From a virus (taxonomy: Duplodnaviria > Heunggongvirae > Uroviricota > Caudoviricetes), in IMG/VR virus record IMGVR_UViG_2681813318_000003: a stretch of 64,000 bases of DNA. One strand, 5' to 3'. The translations under genes and the position numbers were made by a program. Positions 20,147 through 28,923 of this stretch are shown here, one piece after another; the first letter of the stretch is position 1, and each line of letters begins with the position of its first letter. The notes under the pieces were generated by a model that ran no database searches, was not told where the DNA came from, and saw only the letters and a program-made list of their open reading frames with translations.

Positions 20147-20375
20147 ATAACACCTTTGATACCGTGTGTTAGCTTTTGACCTTCTTTCAATCTGAACTCC
20201 GTATGCGCCGGGAAGGATCTGCGCCTCAATACGCCTTTTCTGGTTAACCTTCCAAGATAAAACGCTACGGGATTTCCTTGTGGCGGGTAGGGCTTGTGAA
20301 ACATCACCGTCTGGCCTCGTTCAAGTCTTTTCATCGTGATGGCAAAGTCTCGAAAGCTCCCATAACGACTTTGCC

Positions 20376-21461
20376 TCACACAGCCTCCGAACTCTCCGCT
20401 TCGGTGAGGATTTCCTGACACAAAATATCCAACTTGCTCAGATCAAATCCGCCGTCAGTATCGTGGACAATCTTGCAATAAGCAGATACCGACTCTCCCA
20501 GGCTATCGATTTTGCTGGTTTCCGTTGTGCTTGCTGTCCCTTCCATCATTGATGACTTACGGATGAAGTTGCACACAACACCTTTTGCACCCATTGTTTT
20601 GAGGATGTTCTGGTACTTAATGCCTTCTTCGTCGTTCTCGATTACGGCGCGGAAACGCACGTAGTTGCCGCGAATTTGGTCATCAGCAACATAATCTTCC
20701 AGGTTAATGAATTTAGGCGCACTGGTTTCGTAGTGACTGAAACTGCCGTCCGGGTTTACGATCATGTAACCAGCCAGAGATCCAACATCTCCCCAATTTT
20801 GATGGGTCAGTGCACCGACACTGATAACTCCAGGAATGACCTCTTTGTGGTTGTGGTAATGCCCACTAAGCACGAGACGAAAGCCGATATCCTTTAACTC
20901 CTGCGCATCGATACCGACGTCAGGCATTGTTGGAATGGCTTTGTTAATGGATGTATGGATAACAACATCATGATTATCACCTTCTACGCTCTTACGTAAT
21001 GCTTTCAGATCGCTGATAAGCTCTGCATGATTGTTACGCCAGCTAATCAGGTGGACAGTCACATCACCAATTTTTATTGAGTGTGGGCGCTTGCCACATA
21101 CGATTACCACGCCGATAGAACTCAGCGATGCTGCTGCGTTGGCGCTATATACTGAATCGTTGGTTTCAAGATCGTGATTACCGGCCAGCATTACTACTGT
21201 CAGATCAAGCTCGTTGATAATCCACTTGTACGTTTCAGTTACGTAATGCAAAACAGAAGGGGACACAGTTCCTCGGACGTGAAATGTATCACCGGCAACC
21301 AACATGTACTTACAACCGGCCTTCTTCATGGCGATGGCTGCTTCTTTCGTTGCTTCCAACTGTATTTCAAGTCTGGAGTTAAGCCCCTCAGCGTTCGTCG
21401 TGGAGAACGCATCCCATTTGTGGTAGTGGCAGTCAGAAATGACGCCGTATGGCAAAGTCAT
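20376..21461 (-). CDS. sbcD: SbcD/Mre11-like nuclease (calcineurin-like phosphoesterase)
   Basis: DCHYH, GDTFH, GNHD and GHYH motifs; start moved to ATG 21459-21461 with the conserved leader. Confidence 0.85.
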   Translation of the reverse strand: MTLPYGVISDCHYHKWDAFSTTNAEGLNSRLEIQLEATKEAAIAMKKAGCKYMLVAGDTFHVRGTVSPSVLHYVTETYKWIINELDLTVVMLAGNHDLETNDSVYSANAAASLSSIGVVIVCGKRPHSIKIGDVTVHLISWRNNHAELISDLKALRKSVEGDNHDVVIHTSINKAIPTMPDVGIDAQELKDIGFRLVLSGHYHNHKEVIPGVISVGALTHQNWGDVGSLAGYMIVNPDGSFSHYETSAPKFINLEDYVADDQIRGNYVRFRAVIENDEEGIKYQNILKTMGAKGVVCNFIRKSSMMEGTASTTETSKIDSLGESVSAYCKIVHDTDGGFDLSKLDILCQEILTEAESSEAV

Positions 21462-21782
21462 GTGTTTTTCCTTTGTGGTTATTTGATACAAATCTTAAGC
21501 TTGCTCGAGAGGTGAGCAACCAAGACAGCACGGCACAGAAGAACATCAACAGGCATAGTATTACAAAATAAATAGGTAAGTGAATACCTACCAAAATTGT
21601 TGAATGGATTGCTTACAAGGCGGCTAGAGTTTCATTGAAGTGCTTAGATGTATATGGTAGGCAAAAGTCTCATCGTTACATATGAATGAACTATCTCATG
21701 GGTCATGTATCATTTGATATTTTTATTATCAACAATTACTGTATAAGAGGAATTTTCCAAATTGAAAAAGGATTGATTATCA

Positions 21783-22040
21783 ATGGCTATTGATGAAAGA
21801 AATATTGTTGTTGGTGGATTGTACAAGACCCATACGAATCAAGAACGGGTCGTTCTAGAAATAAAAGATGATGAAGTGAAATACGCTCCTCGAGGTGGAA
21901 ATGTAGAAAATAAATTTGACCATATGCAAAAAGCCAAATTGATCACATTTGCAGGAGCATGTTCAGAAAAAATTAAAGATTTACCCTCCGATGAATTTAA
22001 TAAAATTCGACAACTATTTGTGGATAGAAAACTTATTTAA
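21783..22040 (+). CDS. hypothetical protein
   Basis: 85-aa ORF in an AT-rich island; AAAGGA upstream; terminator downstream. Confidence 0.4.
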   Translation: MAIDERNIVVGGLYKTHTNQERVVLEIKDDEVKYAPRGGNVENKFDHMQKAKLITFAGACSEKIKDLPSDEFNKIRQLFVDRKLI

Positions 22041-22131
22041 ATAGTTGTATTAGTTTTGAGGGTTTGTCTCTTAAAGGATTACCATTACTTGGATGAGTAA
22101 ATTTTAAACAGGAAAAGTTCTAAAAGCCAAT

Positions 22132-22161
22132 GAGCGCCTATGTAACGAGCGCTCTTTTTTT
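22132..22161 (+). terminator. rho-independent terminator
   Basis: GAGCGC...GCGCTC stem followed by TTTTTTT. Confidence 0.7.
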
Positions 22162-22187
22162 GTTTGTGGATGGGCCTACTAAACCAT

Positions 22188-22841
22188 TTAAATCGTGTCG
22201 GAGGGCTTTTTACGCGCGTTACGCGCTGCGTTTATGCTTATGACGCCAGCTTTTGGACGTGGGTCAACAAGGTTAAGCTCTTCTTCACTGTGGTATTCGA
22301 GGTCGAACTCACGTTTTACATGTCTGATGTAGATTGCGGTGAGCAGGCTATCTTTGGTTAGGAAGTGTCCGTAGGATTTGCGGATCACTTCTTCTACCTT
22401 CTCGATTTTCTCACCCCCCATACAGAGATGATTAAACCGGCTGTGTTTTCGCAACATTTCGTCTACTGGACCTGAGTAAACCTTGTCTACTTTCCCAAAA
22501 CGGATGATTTTCCCTGTGTCTGCGGATACAAGGCAAATCAGCTTGTCTGGTGATAAACGATCTCGCCACGTCACACCTGAACGGAGTGTGTTGAAGTAGG
22601 GGGCATCCAATCCGATGATCGGTTTACGAAATGCGAGCAATGGAACGTACCTGATGCAACTGTTTAAATGAAAATTCACACCAGCCTTATCAAGTTTAAT
22701 TCTGGTTTCGTAGATCGGGCACTTCGCCGCTATACCGCAGATGTCACAAAGCAACTTCTGCTTATTCAGGTTGGAATTTGATTCGATAGTGTAGGAGCCG
22801 TCTTCAAGACGACGAACCCAGCGCGTGCGTTTTAGATCCAT
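22188..22841 (-). CDS. hypothetical protein
   Basis: 217-aa ORF, no motif recognised. Confidence 0.45.
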   Translation of the reverse strand: MDLKRTRWVRRLEDGSYTIESNSNLNKQKLLCDICGIAAKCPIYETRIKLDKAGVNFHLNSCIRYVPLLAFRKPIIGLDAPYFNTLRSGVTWRDRLSPDKLICLVSADTGKIIRFGKVDKVYSGPVDEMLRKHSRFNHLCMGGEKIEKVEEVIRKSYGHFLTKDSLLTAIYIRHVKREFDLEYHSEEELNLVDPRPKAGVISINAARNARKKPSDTI

Positions 22842-22919
22842 ATGTCATTTTTCTGTGATTGTTAGCCGAGGCAACGATAACCCACCAGGTGCGCCGAAGG
22901 TAGTAAATGCCTGTTTTAA

Positions 22920-23000
22920 TTATTCACATATCCACAGGATAGATCCTAATAAAGAGATCCATAGATAGATCCTTGTATAGATCAAATAAGATCCCCGATC
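22920..23000. promoter_or_regulatory. origin-like region: two DnaA-box-like 9-mers and six clustered GATC sites
   Basis: TTATTCACA (22920-22928) and ATATCCACA (22928-22936); GATC at 22942, 22956, 22968, 22980, 22990 and 22997. Confidence 0.7.
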
Positions 23001-23041
23001 GCTGTAAGCCGCGCCACGACTGGTCTGAAGCCATGTTCATG

Positions 23042-23142
23042 TATGCTACCAGCGGTAATTGATAGTCTGTCAACGGTTCGCCGTATGCTGCCAACTGTTT
23101 TTGGTATGCTGCCAGCGGCAAATCAAGTATGCTGTCAGCGGT
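23042..23142. repeat. five iterons (TATGCTRYCAGCGGT-like) upstream of repA
   Basis: Copies start at 23042, 23064, 23084, 23105 and 23128, spaced 20-23 bp. Confidence 0.8.
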
Positions 23143-23162
23143 TGAATGACAAAGGTGTCCAC

Positions 23163-24257
23163 ATGTCCACAAAAAATAAAAAAGGTAAAAATAACAAAGA
23201 AGTAGAAGATAATCTCGACAACTTTGAAGAAGGTTCCCTTGAATTGTACACAGGGGAACTTGTCCCTAATAGCAACAATACAGTCCAACCAATTGCGTTG
23301 ATGCGGCTGGGGTTGTTCGTGCCCACGCTCAAGGGGACAAAATACAGCAAGCGTAACAAGCCAAATGAGATCGATGCTTCAAAGGAGCTTGTTCAGCTCG
23401 AAGTAGCCCGTTCTGAAGGTTATTCCGATATCAAGATAACCGGTCCTCGTCTCGACATGGATCATGATTTCAAAACGTGGGTGGGCGTTGTGCGTTCGCT
23501 GGCAGAATACGGCGAACCTAACGGTCGTGTCGAGTTAAGCATCACGAAATTTGCGAAGTTTTGTGGCTATCCATCGTCACAGATCCGCAAAACACTCCGC
23601 GACCGGCTTACAAACAGTCTTTTGAAGATCATGCGTACAACTCTGTCTTTTCAGAGAACGTATGAAGAAAAGAACGTCGACGGCTCTAACAAGATCTCGC
23701 TTCTGATGGTGCACCTCATCAATAGCGTGGACTACAACGAGCAGAAAGATACGGTGGTGTTCTATGCAGAACCGAAGCTGGCCGAACTATATCGCTTTGA
23801 CCATAAGGTTCTTTTGCAGTTAAAGGTTATCAATAAGCTACCACGCAAAGAAACAGCACAGGCTCTGTACACCTTCATCGAAAGTCTTCCAACCAAGCCT
23901 GCGCCGGTATCGCTTGCTCGATTACGTGCGCGACTCAATTTGAGTAGCAGGAATGTCAGCTCGCAGAATCAGACTATACGTAACGGCTTAAAAGCTCTCC
24001 AAGATTTGGGCTATCTCGAATACAGCGAGATTAAGCGAGGGCGGTCGATCTATATCCAGATTCACAGCCGCAATCCAAAACTCAAAGTCGCACCGCCAAA
24101 ACCTGAAGACATCGAACCCAAAAAACCAGATGAGAAAGCTGGGGAAATTGATGCCAAACAGAACATTATCAACAAGATAACCGAACTTTCGCAGAATTTG
24201 ACGCCTGAAAATATCAAGATGATTGAGATCCTTTCCAATAGTCTCAAACTGCTTTGA
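23163..24257 (+). CDS. repA: iteron-type plasmid replication initiator
   Basis: Flanked on both sides by iterons; start moved to ATG 23163 (AAAGGTG upstream) because the first 40 codons of the track ORF are iteron DNA. Confidence 0.75.
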   Translation: MSTKNKKGKNNKEVEDNLDNFEEGSLELYTGELVPNSNNTVQPIALMRLGLFVPTLKGTKYSKRNKPNEIDASKELVQLEVARSEGYSDIKITGPRLDMDHDFKTWVGVVRSLAEYGEPNGRVELSITKFAKFCGYPSSQIRKTLRDRLTNSLLKIMRTTLSFQRTYEEKNVDGSNKISLLMVHLINSVDYNEQKDTVVFYAEPKLAELYRFDHKVLLQLKVINKLPRKETAQALYTFIESLPTKPAPVSLARLRARLNLSSRNVSSQNQTIRNGLKALQDLGYLEYSEIKRGRSIYIQIHSRNPKLKVAPPKPEDIEPKKPDEKAGEIDAKQNIINKITELSQNLTPENIKMIEILSNSLKLL

Positions 24258-24374
24258 TATGCTGTCAGCGGTGAAATGTATGCTATCAGCGGCTATTTTT
24301 CTGAAAAGTATGCTGTGAACGGTTAAAGATATGCTACCAGCGGTATAGTGAGATAAACGTATGCTGTGAGCGGT
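24258..24374. repeat. five iterons immediately downstream of the repA stop
   Basis: TATGCT[GA][TC][CG]A[GA]CGG[TC] at 24258, 24279, 24309, 24330 and 24360. Confidence 0.85.
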
Positions 24375-24535
24375 AAATCATCTATCACCACTCAATGCTC
24401 TGGCATACCTCCCCAGTGGTTACTAACCTCGAAGAGTGCATTCCATATAGGTTTGCGCTCACTAACATTCTATTGCCGTTGCGCTGATTGCTTGTAGTGA
24501 AAGGCATTTATTGCCTGCTGCTCCCTGATAGAACG

Positions 24536-24789
24536 TATGCTGTCAGCGGTGTTTTATTGAGGAATTTTTGTTTGGATATGCTATCAGCGGTAATTAATGG
24601 TATATGTCAGACCTTCGTATGCTGCCAGCGGTAATTTTGTTCTGGTTATAACCATACCGGTACACATTATTCATGCAATGTCTTAAGTATGCTGTCAGCG
24701 GTAAAAAATCGAGTAAAGTATGCTGTGAGCGGTGAGATAAACTCTCGATATGCTATCAGCGGTAATTGATTGTGTATGCTGTCAGCGGT
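24536..24789. repeat. seven more iterons (second downstream cluster)
   Basis: Copies at 24536, 24577, 24618, 24688, 24719, 24749 and 24775. Confidence 0.85.
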
Positions 24790-24806
24790 GACGACTATGA
24801 AATATG

Positions 24807-24828
24807 ACTGCGGCACGTGCCGCAGTCA
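24807..24828. other. perfect 22-bp palindrome GACTGCGGCACGTGCCGCAGTC
   Basis: Lies between the iteron array and the convergent gene ending at 24837; possible bidirectional terminator or binding site. Confidence 0.5.
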
Positions 24829-24836
24829 GTTTGCAT

Positions 24837-25049
24837 TTAGTGTATTTTCTTTAACAGACCCCAAAGTGTTCCGGCTTTTGTAGTCAGTTTTCCTGTTTCT
24901 GGATCGTACATACGCCATTCACGCCGCTGGTGGACGATATACCCATCTTCACGTTCCAGACGCTCAAGAATGCCAGGCTGCTTGAAACCCTTAGCACGCC
25001 AGTAGCCGCTTGTTTTCTCGATTTCCAGACCTGCCAGTGTTAATGCCAT
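24837..25049 (-). CDS. hypothetical protein
   Basis: 70-aa ORF. Confidence 0.4.
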   Translation of the reverse strand: MALTLAGLEIEKTSGYWRAKGFKQPGILERLEREDGYIVHQRREWRMYDPETGKLTTKAGTLWGLLKKIH

Positions 25050-25384
25050 TATCCAACCTCCTTGCAGTCATCGAAAAGGTAGCTTTGCTGAGAAGCGTGA
25101 ACGCCATAGAAGCCCTTGTATTTGTTGTATACGAAGTGGTCTTCTCCGACGCCGGTTAATTTGCCATTACGGTTTGTGAGATATGGGGATGACAATACTC
25201 GATCGTCACGCACTACATAGAACTGGTCGCCGCTGTCTACGACCATCGCGCCATATGGTGCTTTTATGACGTCGGTAAAAGCGCCATTCTTAATGTCGGC
25301 TACAGACATTTCACACTGATAAACAGTGGTGTCGGCCACAACGATCGAAGAAAGGAACAACAAAGCGAATGGGATGGCCTTCAT
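25049..25384 (-). CDS. secreted hypothetical protein
   Basis: N-terminal signal-peptide-like MKAIPFALLFLSSIVVA. Confidence 0.5.
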   Translation of the reverse strand: MKAIPFALLFLSSIVVADTTVYQCEMSVADIKNGAFTDVIKAPYGAMVVDSGDQFYVVRDDRVLSSPYLTNRNGKLTGVGEDHFVYNKYKGFYGVHASQQSYLFDDCKEVG

Positions 25385-25599
25385 GCTGCCACCTCTTTGA
25401 TTACATCAAATGCTGAATTAAATACGAGCACGATAGCCAAAGCGTTTATGACTACTTCGTTCACCGGGGAAAATACTTTACGAATGACACCAGTGAAAAT
25501 GCAGTCGATGACAAAAGCTATTGACACGATGAGTAACAAGTATTCAATAAAAATCTTCATGATAGGTAGATACTAACTTATATAAATTTTACTGTAAAC

Positions 25600-25875
25600 T
25601 CACTCAAAAGTGCTGATGCTTAAAATACGCTCAAGATGTGCGGCATCTTCATCACTGATTTGTTGAGTCTCTTCTACGTACCAACAGTTGCCGTTATGCC
25701 AACAAACACCATCATCATCAACCATCACTGAATCAGCGTCATGACCTGTATATTCAACGAGAATGTGCTGGATCAGCGCGTCAGTTTCTTCGTCGTTAAG
25801 GCCATCGGCTTTGACCATAAAAAGCGGAAACACGTCATAGACAGTGCTGGTAACGATTCGAACTAAAACTCTCAT
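25600..25875 (-). CDS. hypothetical protein
   Basis: 91-aa ORF with the conserved leader. Confidence 0.5.
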   Translation of the reverse strand: MRVLVRIVTSTVYDVFPLFMVKADGLNDEETDALIQHILVEYTGHDADSVMVDDDGVCWHNGNCWYVEETQQISDEDAAHLERILSISTFE

Positions 25876-25930
25876 GTGTTTTTCCTTTTGTGGTTAGTGT
25901 TTACTTATTTTGTTAGTTATGAATAGGCGA

Positions 25931-26356
25931 TCAATCTTCTTGTTTAGGGAAAAACTGTTCAATAACTCTGTCAACGGCTGTGTCTATATGGAGTAGATGC
26001 CACACAACCATATCTTTGCTTCCCATGCCTTGTGTGAATATCACGTCATACTTACGCCATGCGCAGTGGAACCAATATGCTGAGTCATCAATTGGTAAAT
26101 CCTCTCCCGCCTCTTTGAAGTATTTCAGCAGCATTGCCTGCTCTGCCGTTGGCGTTGGACCTATTTCCTGAGCGTACATACGGATGAATCGCTGCCAGTC
26201 TGTCTCGTCGGGGGTTGGATCTGGTGGGGTCATTTCTGCGATAGCGTTTCGTAGCTGATGCGCCCAATCAGGTTCAGGAAAGCCTTTTGCTACTTCATCA
26301 TCAATAACATCCAGAGCCACGTTTGCGGCATCGTAGAGTTTCTTAATAGCTGTCAT
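25931..26356 (-). CDS. hypothetical protein
   Basis: 141-aa ORF; AAACAAATTGTTT palindrome 17-29 nt upstream. Confidence 0.5.
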   Translation of the reverse strand: MTAIKKLYDAANVALDVIDDEVAKGFPEPDWAHQLRNAIAEMTPPDPTPDETDWQRFIRMYAQEIGPTPTAEQAMLLKYFKEAGEDLPIDDSAYWFHCAWRKYDVIFTQGMGSKDMVVWHLLHIDTAVDRVIEQFFPKQED

Positions 26357-26412
26357 GTTTTCTTATCCTTTTAAACAAATTGTTTTCTTAATAAGATAAT
26401 TGCGATAAAAAA

Positions 26413-26430
26413 GGCGTCCAACTGGACGCC
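26413..26430 (-). terminator. rho-independent terminator GGCGTCC-AACT-GGACGCC
   Basis: Minus-strand read has the hairpin followed by TTTTTTAT. Confidence 0.7.
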
Positions 26431-26447
26431 TGAACTTTTTAGGGGAG

Positions 26448-27278
26448 TTATTTCACTGTAATGAAAGGAGTGTTAGCCCCTTGAGTCATGTACTGCGGTA
26501 ACTGGCCATTCCATTTATTGATGGCTTCCAGTTCCATAACGTTCGGGTTTTGACGCAGAGCTTCACCGCGCAGACGAATGGCGTCTGCTTCTGCTTGCGC
26601 ACGAGCACGGATAGCATCAGCTTCACCATTAGCCTGTTCACGTAGCATATTCGCCTCAGCTTTACGTTGTTCAACTTCCTGCTGACGTTGCAGAGTACGC
26701 TGGTTAGCCGTTACTTTGGCGTTAATAGATTCAATGACAGTTTTTGGGTAATCAGGCTTTCCAACCCATGACAGGCTCAGTACCTCAATACCAACCGGAG
26801 ACATCTCTTTCTGAATATCTTTCAGTGCGTTGTCCAGCAATTGTGCCTTACCACCGTCGATAAATGAGTCAGTGGTCATACGGCTGGCCAAACGGTTTAG
26901 AGAGTCGGCAATTTTCTGACGCAGATCTGATTCGGTGATATCGTCTACGCCTTTGCGATAGGTCTGGAACACCGTCGTTACCTTGTCACGATTAACCAGA
27001 TACGCAACGCCAATTTTGTGACCAATAGCAGTACCGTCACTCATCTGGAATGTGAACGGCTCGTCGTAGGTCTTCATTTGTTTGAAGGTCGGGAATACGT
27101 AAAGTTCGGTGTTAAGACCTGTCCATTGGCGACCAACGCCAACCACTTCACCAATCCCTTTGTCTTCACCTAATTTGTTTACTTTGATGCCAACGTATCC
27201 AGGCTCCACGCGATCGCAGCCAGTAAGACCCATTGTGCAAATAGCCGCCAGAGCAACTGCAAGTAAACCTTTCTTCAT
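26448..27278 (-). CDS. SPFH (band 7, stomatin/prohibitin-like) domain lipoprotein
   Basis: Lipobox LTGC; SPFH-like core followed by an Ala/Glu/Arg-rich coiled-coil. Confidence 0.7.
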   Translation of the reverse strand: MKKGLLAVALAAICTMGLTGCDRVEPGYVGIKVNKLGEDKGIGEVVGVGRQWTGLNTELYVFPTFKQMKTYDEPFTFQMSDGTAIGHKIGVAYLVNRDKVTTVFQTYRKGVDDITESDLRQKIADSLNRLASRMTTDSFIDGGKAQLLDNALKDIQKEMSPVGIEVLSLSWVGKPDYPKTVIESINAKVTANQRTLQRQQEVEQRKAEANMLREQANGEADAIRARAQAEADAIRLRGEALRQNPNVMELEAINKWNGQLPQYMTQGANTPFITVK

Positions 27279-27281
27279 TAC

Positions 27282-27482
27282 TTATTTCCCCTTTGCTTTG
27301 ATTAATGAGTTGATAAACTTACGACCAGCAATAAGACCGATTACAGGAGCACCAAAACCAACGATAACTCCAAACATGACGGCTAAATCACTCTTGGTAG
27401 AAATCAGCGACGGAACCAGTAAACCGTAGATGAGAGCCACTGAAAGGCCTGTGGCTACTGCCAATAGATAGATTTTGATCAT
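27282..27482 (-). CDS. small membrane protein
   Basis: 66 aa with two TM segments; its stop overlaps the start of the SPFH gene. Confidence 0.55.
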   Translation of the reverse strand: MIKIYLLAVATGLSVALIYGLLVPSLISTKSDLAVMFGVIVGFGAPVIGLIAGRKFINSLIKAKGK

Positions 27483-27511
27483 GTGTTTTCCTATGTGGTT
27501 GTTATGCGAAA

Positions 27512-27540
27512 ATAATAAGTAAGTACTTATATATTTTCAA
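27512..27540 (-). promoter_or_regulatory. sigma70-like promoter TTGAAA-17-TATTAT
   Basis: -35 at 27535-27540 and -10 at 27512-27517 on the minus strand; directly after the terminator, ~25 nt before the 27482 start. Confidence 0.5.
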
Positions 27541-27551
27541 GAGATAAAAAA

Positions 27552-27568
27552 GGCGTCCTGTGGACGCC
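27552..27568 (-). terminator. rho-independent terminator GGCGTCC-TGT-GGACGCC
   Basis: Minus-strand read has the hairpin followed by TTTTTTAT; downstream of the RecA-like stop. Confidence 0.7.
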
Positions 27569-27574
27569 TTGTGT

Positions 27575-28648
27575 TTACTCTTCTACTGACTCGGTGGGGT
27601 TGTCTTTTGCTCTTCGGTCGTCGATTGCCTGCAAAGCCGCAATGATTTCAGCCAGTGGCTTCTCCCGATACATCTCGACGATCTGCGATTTGGTGTATTT
27701 CTTGTCACCAATTTCAACTCGCCCGCTGGCGTTCTTTGGCAGGTATCCTTCTTCCAGCATGTACTCGACGAGCGATTCGATAACGTCGAGGCCACGAGTA
27801 GGATCGAAGTAGAATTTCCAGGTGCATTTGCCATACGGTGGTGCAACTTTGTTTTTGATGCATTCTGCGCCTACGTCCTGGCCGATCTTCTCTTTACCAT
27901 CCTTCATTACCGATGCACCAAGACGGATACGTACAGAAGCGTAGAACTTCGGTGAATCTCCACCTGGCGACGTAGTAGGGTCGCCAAACATTACACCGAT
28001 TTTTGTGCGAACCTGATTCAAGAAGATGATGCAGGCGTTGTATTTGCGTGCCCACAAAGCCAGAGTAGGGAAGTTCGCACTTGTCGCACGAGCCAGTGCC
28101 GTATTGTCGTTCATGTTTAGCTGATCTTTGTCTTTGGCAGTGCCTTCAGCCATCTTTTCGAACTTCTCGGCTTTGGTGTTCGGAACCATAGACGCAAGTG
28201 AGTCAGCCACGATACAGATAGGTGCTGATTCAGGGATAAGCTCTTCATCACGTACCAATTTAAGTATTGTGCCGATCAACTCTACAGAGTCTTCGAAGGT
28301 GTCAGGCTGCTTGTATACCCACTGACCGTCATCCTCATCTGCGTTCAGGCCATTGGCTACAGCCAGGCCAACGTCAAAACTGTTTTCATGATCGAGGAAT
28401 ACCGCCAGACCATCTTGTTTTTGAGCGGAGATCATCGCTGCTGTCGCAAGGAACGTTTTCCCTGCACTTGGAGGACCGAATACTTCGACGATACGACCAC
28501 ATGGGAAGCCGCCATCGTAACGACCGGAAATAGCTTTGTTTAACGGTGGAAAGCCTGTATCAATCCAATGAGTTACTTTCTGAATTTCGTCGTTGCTACC
28601 GATTTTCTTTTTCAGAGCAAGTGCCAGTGCGGATTTTCCTTTTGCCAT
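27575..28648 (-). CDS. RecA-like recombinase
   Basis: GRIVEVFGPPSAGKT (Walker A) and FLNQVRTKIGVMFGDPTTSPGGDSPKFYASVRIRLG closely resemble RecA as I recall it. Confidence 0.85.
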   Translation of the reverse strand: MAKGKSALALALKKKIGSNDEIQKVTHWIDTGFPPLNKAISGRYDGGFPCGRIVEVFGPPSAGKTFLATAAMISAQKQDGLAVFLDHENSFDVGLAVANGLNADEDDGQWVYKQPDTFEDSVELIGTILKLVRDEELIPESAPICIVADSLASMVPNTKAEKFEKMAEGTAKDKDQLNMNDNTALARATSANFPTLALWARKYNACIIFLNQVRTKIGVMFGDPTTSPGGDSPKFYASVRIRLGASVMKDGKEKIGQDVGAECIKNKVAPPYGKCTWKFYFDPTRGLDVIESLVEYMLEEGYLPKNASGRVEIGDKKYTKSQIVEMYREKPLAEIIAALQAIDDRRAKDNPTESVEE

Positions 28649-28650
28649 GA

Positions 28651-28923
28651 TCAGGCTCCTTTTGTTTCGTTGATTCGTTTTAAAGCGGCGGATTCGTCGA
28701 ATACAATCGCATCGTGATTAAGGAGTCTGGATACACGAGCGAGGATTTTTACGACCTGCTCGCTGACTAATCCAAACTCGCGATCTGTCGCTTTCATTCC
28801 GGCAGCGCCCAGAATTGACGGCAGTGCGATGACAGCGTACTCACCGTGATAAAAGACAATCTCTTTTGCCAGTTGGGTGGGGGTGGTTGTAGCGCCATTA
28901 ATAATCGATTTAAGCATTAGCAA
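28651..28923 (-). CDS. hypothetical protein
   Basis: 90-aa ORF between the flap endonuclease and the RecA-like gene. Confidence 0.45.
   Translation of the reverse strand: MLMLKSIINGATTTPTQLAKEIVFYHGEYAVIALPSILGAAGMKATDREFGLVSEQVVKILARVSRLLNHDAIVFDESAALKRINETKGA

Noticed and set aside
23043-23162. N-terminal 40 codons of the track repA ORF
   Set aside because: These codons are the upstream iteron array read in frame; the true start is most likely ATG 23163 with an RBS.
22924-23172. 82-aa minus-strand ORF over the origin
   Set aside because: Overlaps DnaA boxes, the GATC cluster and iterons; considered an artefact of repetitive DNA.
24258-24789. CRISPR array
   Set aside because: The repeats are 15-19 bp, degenerate and spaced irregularly (21-70 bp), and they flank a rep gene with matching copies upstream; this is the iteron pattern. 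No cas genes are present.
25381-25560. Small membrane-protein ORF between 25384 and 25600
   Set aside because: Careful re-translation gives a stop after 27 codons; my first reading had dropped a base.
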